DNA of 49,025 bases from Salmonella phage vB_SenS_UTK0006. The notes under the pieces were generated by a model that saw only the letters and a list, made by a program, of their open reading frames with translations, was not told the origin of the DNA and made no database searches. Positions 36,043-45,506 of the stretch are shown here, in pieces (the first letter of the stretch is position 1; each line of letters opens with the position of its first letter). The stretch lies in the sequence record OQ359885.1; one strand, written 5' to 3'. The translations under genes and the position numbers were made by a program.

Positions 36043-38016
36043 ATGATTCCTAACATTGAAAAGCAGATTGCAGATCTGGGAGAGGAAAGGATTAAGGCAA
36101 TCCAGAAGCGTTTCACGGTTGGTGAGATTGTCCCGTATGAATACCAATGCGTTGCTTACGCTGAAATTGCAAAGCGCTTGAGTAAGTATGTTGATCCGTT
36201 TTTCGTTAAAGCTGCGGTGTCGGCAGGTAAAACAATCATCTTTGCTATGGTTGCGGCTCAGTGCAGGAAAATGGGATTGAAAGCGTTATTTCTGGCGCGT
36301 CAATCTGAAATTGTGGATCAGGATTCAAAAGAGATTAGCGCCTTTGGTGTTCCGAATTCCGTTTATTGCGCTGGCCTGAATACCAAAAGCGCTTATTTCC
36401 CGATTGTTGTAGGATCGGAAGGTACTGTAATTGGCGGATTGAATAAGGCGTTAGGTGATTACGTCCCACAGGTTTTAGGTATAGATGAATGTCATCAAGT
36501 CAACTGGAATGATATTGTTGAAGCCGAGGAAAACGGCGAAAGCATAGAGCAAATGATGACACCGAAAGGTGAACCAGTTGAAGGGAATCCGTTGCTGATT
36601 GGTTCAGGCCGCGCACAATACACCATTATCATTGCAGAAATGCGCCGCCGTTGCCTTGAGACTTACGGTCATCAGTTGCGCATATTTGGAATGACAGGAT
36701 CGGAATATCGCGGAATTGAGCCGATACTTGTCGAAGATAAAAGAATTCCTGGGTTTTGGCGTGAGCAGATCACAAACATTGATACTGATTACCTGGTAAA
36801 ATTTGGTTCAGTTGTTCCCACTTATTTTGGCAATGTTGGTGATTTGGGTTACGACTTATCAGAATTTACGCCAGTACATGAATTTGGCGTTGCTGATTAT
36901 GACCAGAAGCAATTAAAGGCAATGAGTGACAAGATTCACAAATCAGGAACCATGACGCAGAAAATAATGCAGATGGTTCATGAGGTGATGAAAAACCGCT
37001 TGTGCGCTCTTGTTACTTGCGCTGACGAAAGGCACTGTAAAGAGGCGGCGGCGGCGCTTCCTCCTGGCACGAAATATCACATTATTACCGGAAAAACTGG
37101 AGAGAAACAGAGGCGCTTATGGCTTGAGGATGCTTATGAAGGCAGGGTGAAATATATTTTTCAGGTTCAGGCGCTAACAACTGGCGTGAACGTGCCGCCG
37201 TGGGATACTTCTGTTATTTTGCGTAAGATCGGAAGTCTCACGCTATTAACTCAGCTTTTGGGGCGTGGTATGCGTCAATTAAAAACATACCATAAAGAAG
37301 TATTGGGGATGCACAAAACGGATCACCTTGTTTTGGATTTTTCAGGCACGATGTTTGAAATGGGTAATTTGTATTTCGATCCGATGTTAGAGCAAGCGCA
37401 ATTCCAGTTACGTAAATCACAGGACAAAGATCCGAAATATTGCCCGATTTGCGGTACAGAAAATTCATTCTATGCTCGCCGTTGCATTAATGAGGATGAA
37501 AACGGAAATCGTTGTGAACATTTCTGGACGTTCCAGGAATGTGAGGATCAGATTGATGACCGCACAAAGAAAGTTATTGTAAAAGGTTGCGGCGCAAAAA
37601 ATGACGTTTCGGCGCGTGTATGCCGTTGCTGTAATGTTCAGTTACGCGATCCAAATGATAACTTATCCGGCAAGATGTACCGTAAAAACGATTGGTGCGA
37701 CGTGTTAGATTTTAATGTGACGCTGACAAAAAACCAGGCTGGAGTAATATTCTGCTACACGTTGCGTGATAGTGGCGGCGTAGAATTCAGGGCATACGAA
37801 AAATATTTCCCTGAATCAGAACACAAGATATGTAAAACGCTTTGGACAAAGGCGGTTAGAACACACGTTATAGATCGCCAGGCCGCAAACTTTATGATCA
37901 CTTGCAGAAATGCAATTAAGATCATGAGTTATGCGGGGCAAATATTGCCGCCAAAACGTGTTACCCATCGCAAGAACACAAAGAAAGAAGATTTGATCGC
38001 ACAGAAGGAGTTTTAA
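36043..38016 (+). CDS. DEAD/DEAH-box superfamily 2 helicase with C-terminal zinc ribbons
   Basis: VKAAVSAGKTIIFAMVA, LGIDECHQVNW, FGMTGSEYRG, QLLGRGMRQ; CPICG...CRRC, CRCC. Confidence 0.85.
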   Translation: MIPNIEKQIADLGEERIKAIQKRFTVGEIVPYEYQCVAYAEIAKRLSKYVDPFFVKAAVSAGKTIIFAMVAAQCRKMGLKALFLARQSEIVDQDSKEISAFGVPNSVYCAGLNTKSAYFPIVVGSEGTVIGGLNKALGDYVPQVLGIDECHQVNWNDIVEAEENGESIEQMMTPKGEPVEGNPLLIGSGRAQYTIIIAEMRRRCLETYGHQLRIFGMTGSEYRGIEPILVEDKRIPGFWREQITNIDTDYLVKFGSVVPTYFGNVGDLGYDLSEFTPVHEFGVADYDQKQLKAMSDKIHKSGTMTQKIMQMVHEVMKNRLCALVTCADERHCKEAAAALPPGTKYHIITGKTGEKQRRLWLEDAYEGRVKYIFQVQALTTGVNVPPWDTSVILRKIGSLTLLTQLLGRGMRQLKTYHKEVLGMHKTDHLVLDFSGTMFEMGNLYFDPMLEQAQFQLRKSQDKDPKYCPICGTENSFYARRCINEDENGNRCEHFWTFQECEDQIDDRTKKVIVKGCGAKNDVSARVCRCCNVQLRDPNDNLSGKMYRKNDWCDVLDFNVTLTKNQAGVIFCYTLRDSGGVEFRAYEKYFPESEHKICKTLWTKAVRTHVIDRQAANFMITCRNAIKIMSYAGQILPPKRVTHRKNTKKEDLIAQKEF

Positions 38017-38018
38017 AA

Positions 38019-38426
38019 ATGGTTACTGATAAAGGCGATTATCTGGAGTATTACGACAAATCAGATCCAGATGACAGAAAAGAGGAAGCGCACCAGGTTG
38101 ATTCTTATTCATGGCTAACATATGAGTTTCCCATGTGGCTTGTTTGGCACACTAAAAACGAGGGGAAGAAAACCATAGGCACAGCCGTAAAGGATCAGCA
38201 AGCGGGTGTGAAGAAGGGAGTTAGCGACATTCTAATCCTGACTGGTTTTATTGGCTGCAAGTATTCATTTATAGCCATTGAGCTTAAACGCGCCAACAAG
38301 AAAGGCACGAAGGTAAGCGACGAACAAAAGGAATTCTTGCGACGTGTCAGAGAGTGCGGAGGGTTTGCCGCCGTATGCTATGGTGTAGAGCAAGTAAAAT
38401 TGGCTATCGCAGACGCTACAAAATAG
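38019..38426 (+). CDS. VRR-NUC-type nuclease
   Basis: KKGVSDILIL...YSFIAIELKRANKKGTKVSDEQKEFLRRVRECGGFAAVCYG; stop TAG opens site 10. Confidence 0.8.
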   Translation: MVTDKGDYLEYYDKSDPDDRKEEAHQVDSYSWLTYEFPMWLVWHTKNEGKKTIGTAVKDQQAGVKKGVSDILILTGFIGCKYSFIAIELKRANKKGTKVSDEQKEFLRRVRECGGFAAVCYGVEQVKLAIADATK

Positions 38427-38466
38427 CACTTTTTGTTAAAACAGGCGCAACGGAATGCGCCATAAT
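38424..38466 (+). promoter_or_regulatory. composite promoter element, site 10
   Basis: TAGCACTTTTTGTTA (38424-38438), 22 nt, CATAAT (38461-38466); dyad GGCGC/GCGCC between them. Confidence 0.75.
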
Positions 38467-38497
38467 GCACCCATCAGAACGAAACGGAGAATTAAAC

Positions 38498-38776
38498 ATG
38501 AAAAAGATGTTATCAGTAGTTGCTTTATCACTTGCTCTTGTCGGTTGCATGGATAAACCCAAAACATATATTTGCGGAAATGAAGCGTTTGAGGTTACAA
38601 GCGACTATATGAAAGTTGTGCAAGGCAAAAGCACAGGCGTTGTAATGGATAATATCAGCAAAAATCAATATAAGCTGTTTACGCCAATTGGAACGGCTTT
38701 TTACACTGTTAACGATAGCACCATTGATATTAAAGTTGGCGTTTATCAGAACACTCTAACTTGCGAGGTAAAATAA
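38498..38776 (+). CDS. small secreted lipoprotein
   Basis: MKKMLSVVALSLALVGC lipobox. Confidence 0.7.
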   Translation: MKKMLSVVALSLALVGCMDKPKTYICGNEAFEVTSDYMKVVQGKSTGVVMDNISKNQYKLFTPIGTAFYTVNDSTIDIKVGVYQNTLTCEVK

Positions 38777-38777
38777 A

Positions 38778-39515
38778 ATGGCTAAGGATTTTCAGGACAA
38801 AGCAACCATTGATACTTTTGAGCCGGAAATGGATTTTCATGAACTGCAACACGGCAGATATTCAGATATTGCTTTACGTTCAGGCGGTCATTATCAGCCA
38901 GTTAGAGAAAACCCATTATTTAAGGTTAGCGGCAACCGTTATGCAGGAAGTAAAACGCCGGACGTTGTTCGCGATTTGTGGGAAACGCCAGATGAAATTG
39001 TTGATTATCTTGCTGAACGTTACGGCAAATATGATCTTGATGCAGCCGCAACGGAAGATAATAAAAAATGCGATAAGTTTTACAGCAAGGAAACAAACTG
39101 CTTAAAACGTTGGTGGGGTAGCAATAAGCATGTTTGGCTCAATCCGCCATACAGCAATCCAGATCCGTTTGTGTTAAAAGCAATTGAGCAGATGGAACAC
39201 GGAAACCAGATTGATATTTTACTTCCGGCTGACAACTCAACCGCATGGTTTAGCGATGCACAAAAACACGCGGCGGAAATTATCTGGATCACTGGCGAAA
39301 CATGGGAAGAAGAAGGAAAACAATATTCCCGCACTGGTCGAGTGTCGTTTATTTCTGGCATGACAGGTGAGCCAGTTAGTGGAAACAATAAAGGAAGCGT
39401 GATTTTTATCATGCGTCAACTGAAAGAAGGTGAGAAACAACAAACTCATTATGTACCAATTAGTGAAATTTGCCCTTCTGTTAAGAACAAACGCACAAAA
39501 GCGCGGAGTATTTAA
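38778..39515 (+). CDS. phage DNA N-6-adenine methyltransferase (Dam-type)
   Basis: TPDEIVDYLAERYGKYDLDAAATEDNKKC...VWLNPPYSNP. Confidence 0.85.
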   Translation: MAKDFQDKATIDTFEPEMDFHELQHGRYSDIALRSGGHYQPVRENPLFKVSGNRYAGSKTPDVVRDLWETPDEIVDYLAERYGKYDLDAAATEDNKKCDKFYSKETNCLKRWWGSNKHVWLNPPYSNPDPFVLKAIEQMEHGNQIDILLPADNSTAWFSDAQKHAAEIIWITGETWEEEGKQYSRTGRVSFISGMTGEPVSGNNKGSVIFIMRQLKEGEKQQTHYVPISEICPSVKNKRTKARSI

Positions 39516-39516
39516 A

Positions 39517-39747
39517 ATGAGTATTAGATTATCAGAACACATTAAATGGGATTTATTTGTTGGTATGACAATTCGCTTGCTTGATAAGCATGGTTATAAC
39601 GCTGATAAAATGGAGTTGATAAACTGCCTGGATATGACATTTGACGAAATCAAAGTTGCGCCTTTGTACATGTGGGAAAGAAAAATTGAGCACGACCTGA
39701 TACAATACAAACGCAGAGAGGGCGCACGATTTTTTAATGTGAAATAG
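39517..39747 (+). CDS. hypothetical protein
   Basis: MSIRLSEHIKWDLFVGMTIRLLDKHG...; stop TAG opens site 11. Confidence 0.6.
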   Translation: MSIRLSEHIKWDLFVGMTIRLLDKHGYNADKMELINCLDMTFDEIKVAPLYMWERKIEHDLIQYKRREGARFFNVK

Positions 39748-39787
39748 CACTTTTTGTTAAAACCCGCTACGGCGGGTTTTGTATTAT
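39745..39787 (+). promoter_or_regulatory. composite promoter element, site 11
   Basis: TAGCACTTTTTGTTA (39745-39759), 22 nt, TATTAT (39782-39787); AAACCCGC/GCGGGTTT stem-loop between. Confidence 0.75.
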
Positions 39788-39818
39788 GTTCTTAACGGAA
39801 AACAAGAGGATTTCAAAA

Positions 39819-39983
39819 ATGAAAATCGTAAACGTCGAATACTTCAAAGATGCGCAATGGCTGGCTAAAGAATCATTATTTATGCTTTATCGCAAAAATC
39901 CAAAGGTTATTGCACAAATACTTTGGAATGACGCAATGGAGTTACTTAAAAAGGCTTACGGTTATGAAAGTGACAAAAGGTAA
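39819..39983 (+). CDS. hypothetical protein, 54 aa
   Basis: MKIVNVEYFKDAQWLAKESLFMLYRKNPKVI... Confidence 0.55.
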   Translation: MKIVNVEYFKDAQWLAKESLFMLYRKNPKVIAQILWNDAMELLKKAYGYESDKR

Positions 39984-40206
39984 AAAGGAAACTTGGGAGT
40001 TAGCAAAAAAAGGCGGTCTTGATGATGGGATCGCCAAAATAGCGCAATATTTCGATATTAAAGACGTGTGCGTTATTGTCGGTGATGAAATGGCGTATGT
40101 GGATGAAAAGCCGCGACGTGTTCACCGTGTTCCAGCAATACCAACTACAATCGACTATAAAGAAGTTATTAACAAAACTAAAGAGCAAAAGAAATATTAC
40201 AAATGA
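39964..40206 (+). CDS. hypothetical protein
   Basis: MKVTKGKKETWELAKKGGLDDGIAKIAQYFD... Confidence 0.6.
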   Translation: MKVTKGKKETWELAKKGGLDDGIAKIAQYFDIKDVCVIVGDEMAYVDEKPRRVHRVPAIPTTIDYKEVINKTKEQKKYYK

Positions 40207-40277
40207 GATACATTTCTGTTATTTTGTTGCCGCCTGTTATCGCTTGGGTTATTATGTACGCCGTTGTTATGAATTAA
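40203..40277 (+). CDS. 24-aa hydrophobic micropeptide
   Basis: MRYISVILLPPVIAWVIMYAVVMN; ATGA overlap with upstream stop. Confidence 0.4.
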   Translation: MRYISVILLPPVIAWVIMYAVVMN

Positions 40278-40290
40278 GAGGATGTTAAAC

Positions 40291-41406
40291 ATGAGTTTAA
40301 AAAAGATTACCGACGAGCAATTGATCGCTGAACGTGAGGCGGGTTTAAAACTGCGTGAGATTGCGGAAAAATACGGAATGAGCTTGCGCCAGGTTGAGCA
40401 CCGACACAGCAAATTGGCTAAACGTGGTGAAATATCAACAATCGGATCGCCTGGCTTTGCTGTAATTGGTGAATCACAGCTTAAACGTGCGAATGGTGAG
40501 GTTGTAATGACCTGGACTAAAACGCACAAAGACAAAGCGCAATTAGAGGCAATAATGCAATCGGCTATGGCTGCATTTTCGGAAGAATTGCCACGCGTAG
40601 AACCGCAACCGGAAAAGATTGTTGACTATTCGAAAACGCTTGCGCTATATCCGATCTTTGATATTCACATTGGCGCAATGGCTCATAAGCATGAAAGCGG
40701 AGAGAATTACGACACGTCAACGGCGGAAAACGTCATGAATGAGTTTTTCGATTATGCAGTTGATAAAGCGCCGAATAGCGAAAAGGCTGTATTGCTGATT
40801 GGTGGTGATATGATTCACAGCGACGGATTAGAAGCCGTCACACCTGCAAGCTGTCACGTTCTGGATCAAGATAGCCGTTACGCAAAACTTGTTTATGTTG
40901 CTATCCGTGCCACGCGTAGAGCAGTAAGCCGGATGCTTGAAAAGCATAAAGAGGTTGAGATCCAGATCATTGAGGGTAATCACGACCAATCAGGAATGAT
41001 CTGGCTACGTGCTGCAATGGCGGCGGCGTATGAGAATGAGCCACGCGTAAATGTTGATGTTTCTCCGCGTGTCGTGCATCACACTCAATATGGTAAAACT
41101 TTCCTGGCTTATCATCATGGTCACACTGTACGCAAGCCAGAAACGCTTTTAATGATGTGTGCAGCGGATTGGCGGGAAGATTTCGGAAACTCCAATTCAA
41201 TGTATGCGCATGTAGGACATTGGCATCACCAGACTGTTACAGAAACGAGCCTTGGCATTGTTGAGGTGCATAGCACTATGGCAGCAAAAGACGCTTACGC
41301 CGCGCGTGGTGGCTGGCGTTCACGTCGCAGGGCGGCGGTAATTATTTATGATAAGGAATATGGCGAAATAGGGCGTTTTATGTTTTACCCTGAAATGATT
41401 GCTTGA
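40291..41406 (+). CDS. calcineurin-like metallophosphoesterase with N-terminal HTH
   Basis: LREIAEKYGMSLRQVEHRH; FDIHIGA, IGGDMIHSDG, EGNHDQSG, HGHTVRK, GHWHHQT. Confidence 0.85.
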   Translation: MSLKKITDEQLIAEREAGLKLREIAEKYGMSLRQVEHRHSKLAKRGEISTIGSPGFAVIGESQLKRANGEVVMTWTKTHKDKAQLEAIMQSAMAAFSEELPRVEPQPEKIVDYSKTLALYPIFDIHIGAMAHKHESGENYDTSTAENVMNEFFDYAVDKAPNSEKAVLLIGGDMIHSDGLEAVTPASCHVLDQDSRYAKLVYVAIRATRRAVSRMLEKHKEVEIQIIEGNHDQSGMIWLRAAMAAAYENEPRVNVDVSPRVVHHTQYGKTFLAYHHGHTVRKPETLLMMCAADWREDFGNSNSMYAHVGHWHHQTVTETSLGIVEVHSTMAAKDAYAARGGWRSRRRAAVIIYDKEYGEIGRFMFYPEMIA

Positions 41407-41422
41407 TTAAATTATCAAGAAA

Positions 41423-41450
41423 AAGGCTGGCTAAGTGCTGGCCTTTTTTT
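41423..41450 (+). terminator. intrinsic terminator
   Basis: AAGGCTGG ctaagtg CTGGCCTTTTTTT. Confidence 0.65.
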
Positions 41451-41517
41451 GTTTTTGTGGTTAACATATTCACACTAATTTTGGCATTGACATTTTAATT
41501 TAATTGAGGATCAGATT

Positions 41518-41742
41518 ATGAGGGACTTTCTTTTAATGGCGCAAAACTCTTTCGGAGGTGCAACGGTAGTTGGATCTTTTACTGGTGAGTTTTTTCTTGC
41601 ACTTGCTACGTTTATTTTGTTCGCTATTTTCGGCTGTTGGGGCGCATGGCTGAAATGGCGTGATAGTAAAGCGATCCGAGAGGCTTTAGATTCAGGGGAT
41701 TTAAAAACGGCGCTTAATCTACGGCAGAAAGAGAGGGTGTAA
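41518..41742 (+). CDS. putative holin/pinholin (single TM)
   Basis: hydrophobic [21 protein letters not shown]; directly upstream of endolysin. Confidence 0.6.
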   Translation: MRDFLLMAQNSFGGATVVGSFTGEFFLALATFILFAIFGCWGAWLKWRDSKAIREALDSGDLKTALNLRQKERV

Positions 41743-42233
41743 TGACAATCAAGAAAGGTATAGCCGCCACCGTCACAGGGGCGGCTTTAATGTTGGCATC
41801 GCCTTTGATTGAAGAAATTGAAGGTGTAAAGTATAAGCCTTACAAGGATATTGCTGGTATCTGGACTGTATGCCACGGCATCACCGGAAAGGATGTGATA
41901 TTAGGAAAGGAATACACCAGGCGAGAATGTGACGCGCTACTTGCAAAGCATATGAAAGTCGCGGCTGACGCTGTTGATAAGTCGGTTAAGGTTGAAATTC
42001 CTTTATCAATGCGAGCGGCTCTATACTCATTTACTTTCAATGCTGGTACTGGCGCGTTTCGTAAGTCAACCATGCTGAAAAAGATCAACAATGGTGATCT
42101 ATGGGGTGGTTGTGGTGAGCTATGGAATTGGACATACTACCGGAACCCTAAAACGGGCAAAAAGGAAAAATCAAAGGGATTGAAGAATCGCCGCGCCGTC
42201 GAATATAAATATTGTGTGAGGGATCTTAAATGA
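41742..42233 (+). CDS. SAR-type GH24 lysozyme endolysin
   Basis: N-terminal [18 protein letters not shown], catalytic [26 protein letters not shown]. Confidence 0.85.
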   Translation: MTIKKGIAATVTGAALMLASPLIEEIEGVKYKPYKDIAGIWTVCHGITGKDVILGKEYTRRECDALLAKHMKVAADAVDKSVKVEIPLSMRAALYSFTFNAGTGAFRKSTMLKKINNGDLWGGCGELWNWTYYRNPKTGKKEKSKGLKNRRAVEYKYCVRDLK

Positions 42234-42646
42234 AATGGCTAAAATTGCTTTACCCGTTTGCAGTAATCATATTTGCGTGTTTTATTGTAGCTTGTTCGCC
42301 GTCAAGCGTGTTACCTGGTCTGATTGGTAGCAAGCCTGATATAACGGCACAGGCTGGAGCGGAGAATGTGAAACAGACTGTTGGTGTAACAGCAAAGCAG
42401 GATACATCAAGCAAGCAGGAAACCACATTTAAAGAATCGGCTGTTGGAAAGGTTGACACGTCGAATAAAAAACAGGTGAGCACTTCAAGCATTAAGGCAG
42501 ACAATATAACGGCTGAAAGAATAGAAATACGAAACAGCGAGACGGACACAATAGGAATGGCGATTGCTTTTTTTGTTGCTGGTGCTATTGCTGGATCTGG
42601 AATCACAGCAATATATTCAACAAGGCGTAAAAACAAGGCGGCATAA
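42230..42646 (+). CDS. candidate unimolecular spanin
   Basis: lipobox FIVAC, periplasmic linker, C-terminal [25 protein letters not shown] then RRKNK. Confidence 0.6.
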   Translation: MKWLKLLYPFAVIIFACFIVACSPSSVLPGLIGSKPDITAQAGAENVKQTVGVTAKQDTSSKQETTFKESAVGKVDTSNKKQVSTSSIKADNITAERIEIRNSETDTIGMAIAFFVAGAIAGSGITAIYSTRRKNKAA

Positions 42647-42661
42647 GCCGCCTTTTCTTTT
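42635..42661 (+). terminator. intrinsic terminator at convergent junction
   Basis: AAGGCGGC at AA GCCGCCTT TTCTTTT. Confidence 0.7.
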
Positions 42662-42857
42662 ACTCAAATTTTCTAACATGAATTAGCAATTCACCATCAT
42701 GATTTGTAAGTTGATGCTCTTGATCCCCAAACGCTCGCATGTCACTGTAAAGCAACAGCATTAACGCATAGACAAAATCATCATGCGGAATTTGCATTGC
42801 TGAACTTTCTTTCAAAATAAGATCTATCAAATGCTGGCTTGCTGAATAATTCTTCAT
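42660..42857 (-). CDS. hypothetical protein
   Basis: 65-aa ORF. Confidence 0.5.
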   Translation of the reverse strand: MKNYSASQHLIDLILKESSAMQIPHDDFVYALMLLLYSDMRAFGDQEHQLTNHDGELLIHVRKFE

Positions 42858-43173
42858 CGCTCATTTTCTCAATGTTCATCATCTCCCACACATAACGATT
42901 GGAATCACCTTCCAGGCTATGCAACTCAAAATTAAACGGCCTTTTCATCTTGTTTTTGCACCAGTACACGCAATGAACGCCGTCAAGATATCCATAACCC
43001 ATCATTCGCGCTATAAACTCTTTGCTTGAGCTTGAAGCGAAATAGCGGGGCGTTACCCCCGCATTTTTGGCGAGCCTTTCACATTCACGGTGACGGAATA
43101 TAAATCTTGCTAACTCTTGGCGGTTGAATTTCTCGCGAGACTCGCAAAAGCGATACAGATCTAATAAGAACAT
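42781..43173 (-). CDS. hypothetical protein
   Basis: 130-aa ORF in minus operon. Confidence 0.55.
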   Translation of the reverse strand: MFLLDLYRFCESREKFNRQELARFIFRHRECERLAKNAGVTPRYFASSSSKEFIARMMGYGYLDGVHCVYWCKNKMKRPFNFELHSLEGDSNRYVWEMMNIEKMSDEELFSKPAFDRSYFERKFSNANSA

Positions 43174-43175
43174 GA

Positions 43176-44756
43176 TTACCCCATTAACGCCGGATTTACA
43201 TAAACAAACTTACCAACGCTGCAAACATAATTCTTTTCTTCAAGCATTGGCAATAATTGTTCCTCAATTCGTTTCATCACGCCTGATTGACCTGTAAACG
43301 GCTTAACCTTACGCGCACTTTCATAGATAGCTCTTGCATTGGTAACGCCTTTATTTTGACGTGAGATCTTAATGATGATTTCAATTAACTTGCTCATTTC
43401 GGCATCATCGCCAGCGTGACCGGAAGCATTCGCGGCGTTGATATATGTTTTGCTTAATTCGCTGAACATCACCAAAGCCTCTTGCATTGTCTCAACTTCA
43501 ATTTCTCGCGACTTTTGCGGCGTACCGTTTGGATTAAACCAATTGCGGATCGTGTGCAATACTGACGCAATGCGGATCACTTGCTTATCCATTTTACCCA
43601 AAGCACCACGTAACATTGTATGTGAATATTTCCCGCCGTCTGCTAAATCTGGCTCTAATTGCTGGCGAGCAATATTAAGAACACGCATTGCAGAACGTGA
43701 CGGCTTCAATACAACATTTTGCTCAGTCATGATGTTATGAATCAACTGGAAATATTGCGCCTTTAATTCTTTATCAACTGGCGTGTAATCAAGATCACCA
43801 TTTTCATCAATAAATACACGCTCGCCTAACATTGTTTTTTCACGTACAAGCAAGAAACGTTCACTAACACCGATACCACGCGCCCCTGCATCCATGATCC
43901 CTTTTATCGTTTCATCCTGGGCGATTACGCTCATGCAGCCCAACGCAACAAAACTCATATTATTTTCAGAGTTGGCGCGAGCTATTGAAACGTGTCCGGC
44001 GTCCCATGCTTTTAGAACCAATTCGCTGTTAGTCTTGCGATCACTGTTAGCGTAAGTCAATCCGAGTAAGCTGTTGATGCTTGTTGCTTCATCGGAAATG
44101 ACAGCAAAGTTACCCTGGCGATTGTTGATCTTTGCTAAACCTTCCGGCGTGGTGTCTGATACCGGAAAAACGATATCGCACATTTTTTCTAACTTTTCCT
44201 CTAATTCCTCCTTTTCCTCAAACAACGCCGATAACTCAGTGCCTGAACGTTCAGCTTTCAATTCCTTTTCAACGCCTTTTAATTTAGCCGCGATCTTCTT
44301 TCGCTCTTTCTTGCGTTGTTCGTTGATTCGCTCAACTTCACAGACCATTGGAGCAATAGCCAGGCTGTTAATTGCTGATTTACCAGTTGACGGCGGCTGA
44401 CTGGTTACAACATAAAGCGCAGTTGGTTGTTCAGTGCCGTGATACTCAACCTGGAATCGTCCAACCATAGCGGCTGAAACGCAACCAATGAAATGCATAT
44501 AGGCTGATGATTCAGGAAATTGAACAGATTGCGCAATGCTACGTGACAGTTTACCCACAACATCAACATCATTACCCAAAGAGATCACAGGATAACGGTC
44601 ATTAGCGCCGTTGATATCCTTTACAGGTTCCCAAAAGCTGGACGATTGGCGGTAGCCGTTCGACTGAATAGCAACGCGAAGCGGCGATGTTCCCTGCGAT
44701 TCTGCAATGGCTATAACTTGTTGAGGTGTCAATTTGTTGGTGTCAAAGTCAAACAT
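43176..44756 (-). CDS. DUF3987-type phage protein (putative helicase/primase)
   Basis: TEQPTALYVVTSQPPSTGKSAINSLAI...FAVISDEATSINSLLG...LGCMSVIAQDETIKGIM. Confidence 0.8.
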   Translation of the reverse strand: MFDFDTNKLTPQQVIAIAESQGTSPLRVAIQSNGYRQSSSFWEPVKDINGANDRYPVISLGNDVDVVGKLSRSIAQSVQFPESSAYMHFIGCVSAAMVGRFQVEYHGTEQPTALYVVTSQPPSTGKSAINSLAIAPMVCEVERINEQRKKERKKIAAKLKGVEKELKAERSGTELSALFEEKEELEEKLEKMCDIVFPVSDTTPEGLAKINNRQGNFAVISDEATSINSLLGLTYANSDRKTNSELVLKAWDAGHVSIARANSENNMSFVALGCMSVIAQDETIKGIMDAGARGIGVSERFLLVREKTMLGERVFIDENGDLDYTPVDKELKAQYFQLIHNIMTEQNVVLKPSRSAMRVLNIARQQLEPDLADGGKYSHTMLRGALGKMDKQVIRIASVLHTIRNWFNPNGTPQKSREIEVETMQEALVMFSELSKTYINAANASGHAGDDAEMSKLIEIIIKISRQNKGVTNARAIYESARKVKPFTGQSGVMKRIEEQLLPMLEEKNYVCSVGKFVYVNPALMG

Positions 44757-44773
44757 CTAAAAATCTCCTTCTT

Positions 44774-44826
44774 GTTGCCGCTAATTATAACGGCAACATT
44801 CTACAGCCTTTTAGCAATTCGTGCTA
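44774..44826 (-). promoter_or_regulatory. composite promoter element, site 12
   Basis: minus sense TAGCACGAATTGCTA (44812-44826), 22 nt, TATAAT (44784-44789); dyad GTTGCCG/CGGCAAC. Confidence 0.8.
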
Positions 44827-45072
44827 TTTGATCGGCTCAACCCTTGCTAATAACTTTCCATCTATAATGCTATGACATTCAAGAGTTTTAGGATCGAATG
44901 CAAGCGAACGATGGAACGTATGGCCAATCAGCAAATATGAGTGCTTATCCCTGATTCGATAGACCGTTTCACCTTCCTTTAATGAAGATATCTCACTGAA
45001 AACAACCTTGTAACGGTATTTTTGCATGGCCTCAGAACGGTGAGGAATGTAATCTTTTTCCGGTAAACTCAT
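44824..45072 (-). CDS. hypothetical protein
   Basis: 82-aa ORF; stop TAG opens site 12. Confidence 0.6.
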   Translation of the reverse strand: MSLPEKDYIPHRSEAMQKYRYKVVFSEISSLKEGETVYRIRDKHSYLLIGHTFHRSLAFDPKTLECHSIIDGKLLARVEPIK

Positions 45073-45431
45073 GAGTATTTGGCCTCAAACAGATAAGCAC
45101 CGCCAGCGGCTGAAAATCCAACTTCTTCCCGATACAGCGTGAAACGATCACCGTTTTCGTCGAACACATATCCAGCAACAGCACCTAACACGCGTCCTTG
45201 TTCGATCTGGTAACGCTTATCAGCTTTGAAAGTTTTCTTGATCTGCATGGAATGGTTTACCCATGTGCATTTAATGGTTTTGGTCTTAACATTTCTGAAT
45301 GTTAATCCGGTTAAGTTGGCGTGAATCCATTTCCCATCTAACTTAATGAAAGTATCATCATTTTCGTCTACCCGCGCTTTGTATAGGCGGTTATCAGATC
45401 CGATAAGTTTGATTGATTTGAATTTAGCCAT
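45069..45431 (-). CDS. hypothetical protein
   Basis: 120-aa ORF. Confidence 0.6.
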   Translation of the reverse strand: MAKFKSIKLIGSDNRLYKARVDENDDTFIKLDGKWIHANLTGLTFRNVKTKTIKCTWVNHSMQIKKTFKADKRYQIEQGRVLGAVAGYVFDENGDRFTLYREEVGFSAAGGAYLFEAKYS

Positions 45432-45463
45432 TTGATTTATCTCCTTTTGTTTTCGTTGAAAGC

Positions 45464-45506
45464 ATTATGCCGGATACGTGATCCGGCGTTTTAACAAAAA
45501 GTGCTA
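45464..45506 (-). promoter_or_regulatory. composite promoter element, site 13
   Basis: minus sense TAGCACTTTTTGTTA (45492-45506), 22 nt, CATAAT (45464-45469); dyad GCCGGAT/ATCCGGC between. Confidence 0.75.
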
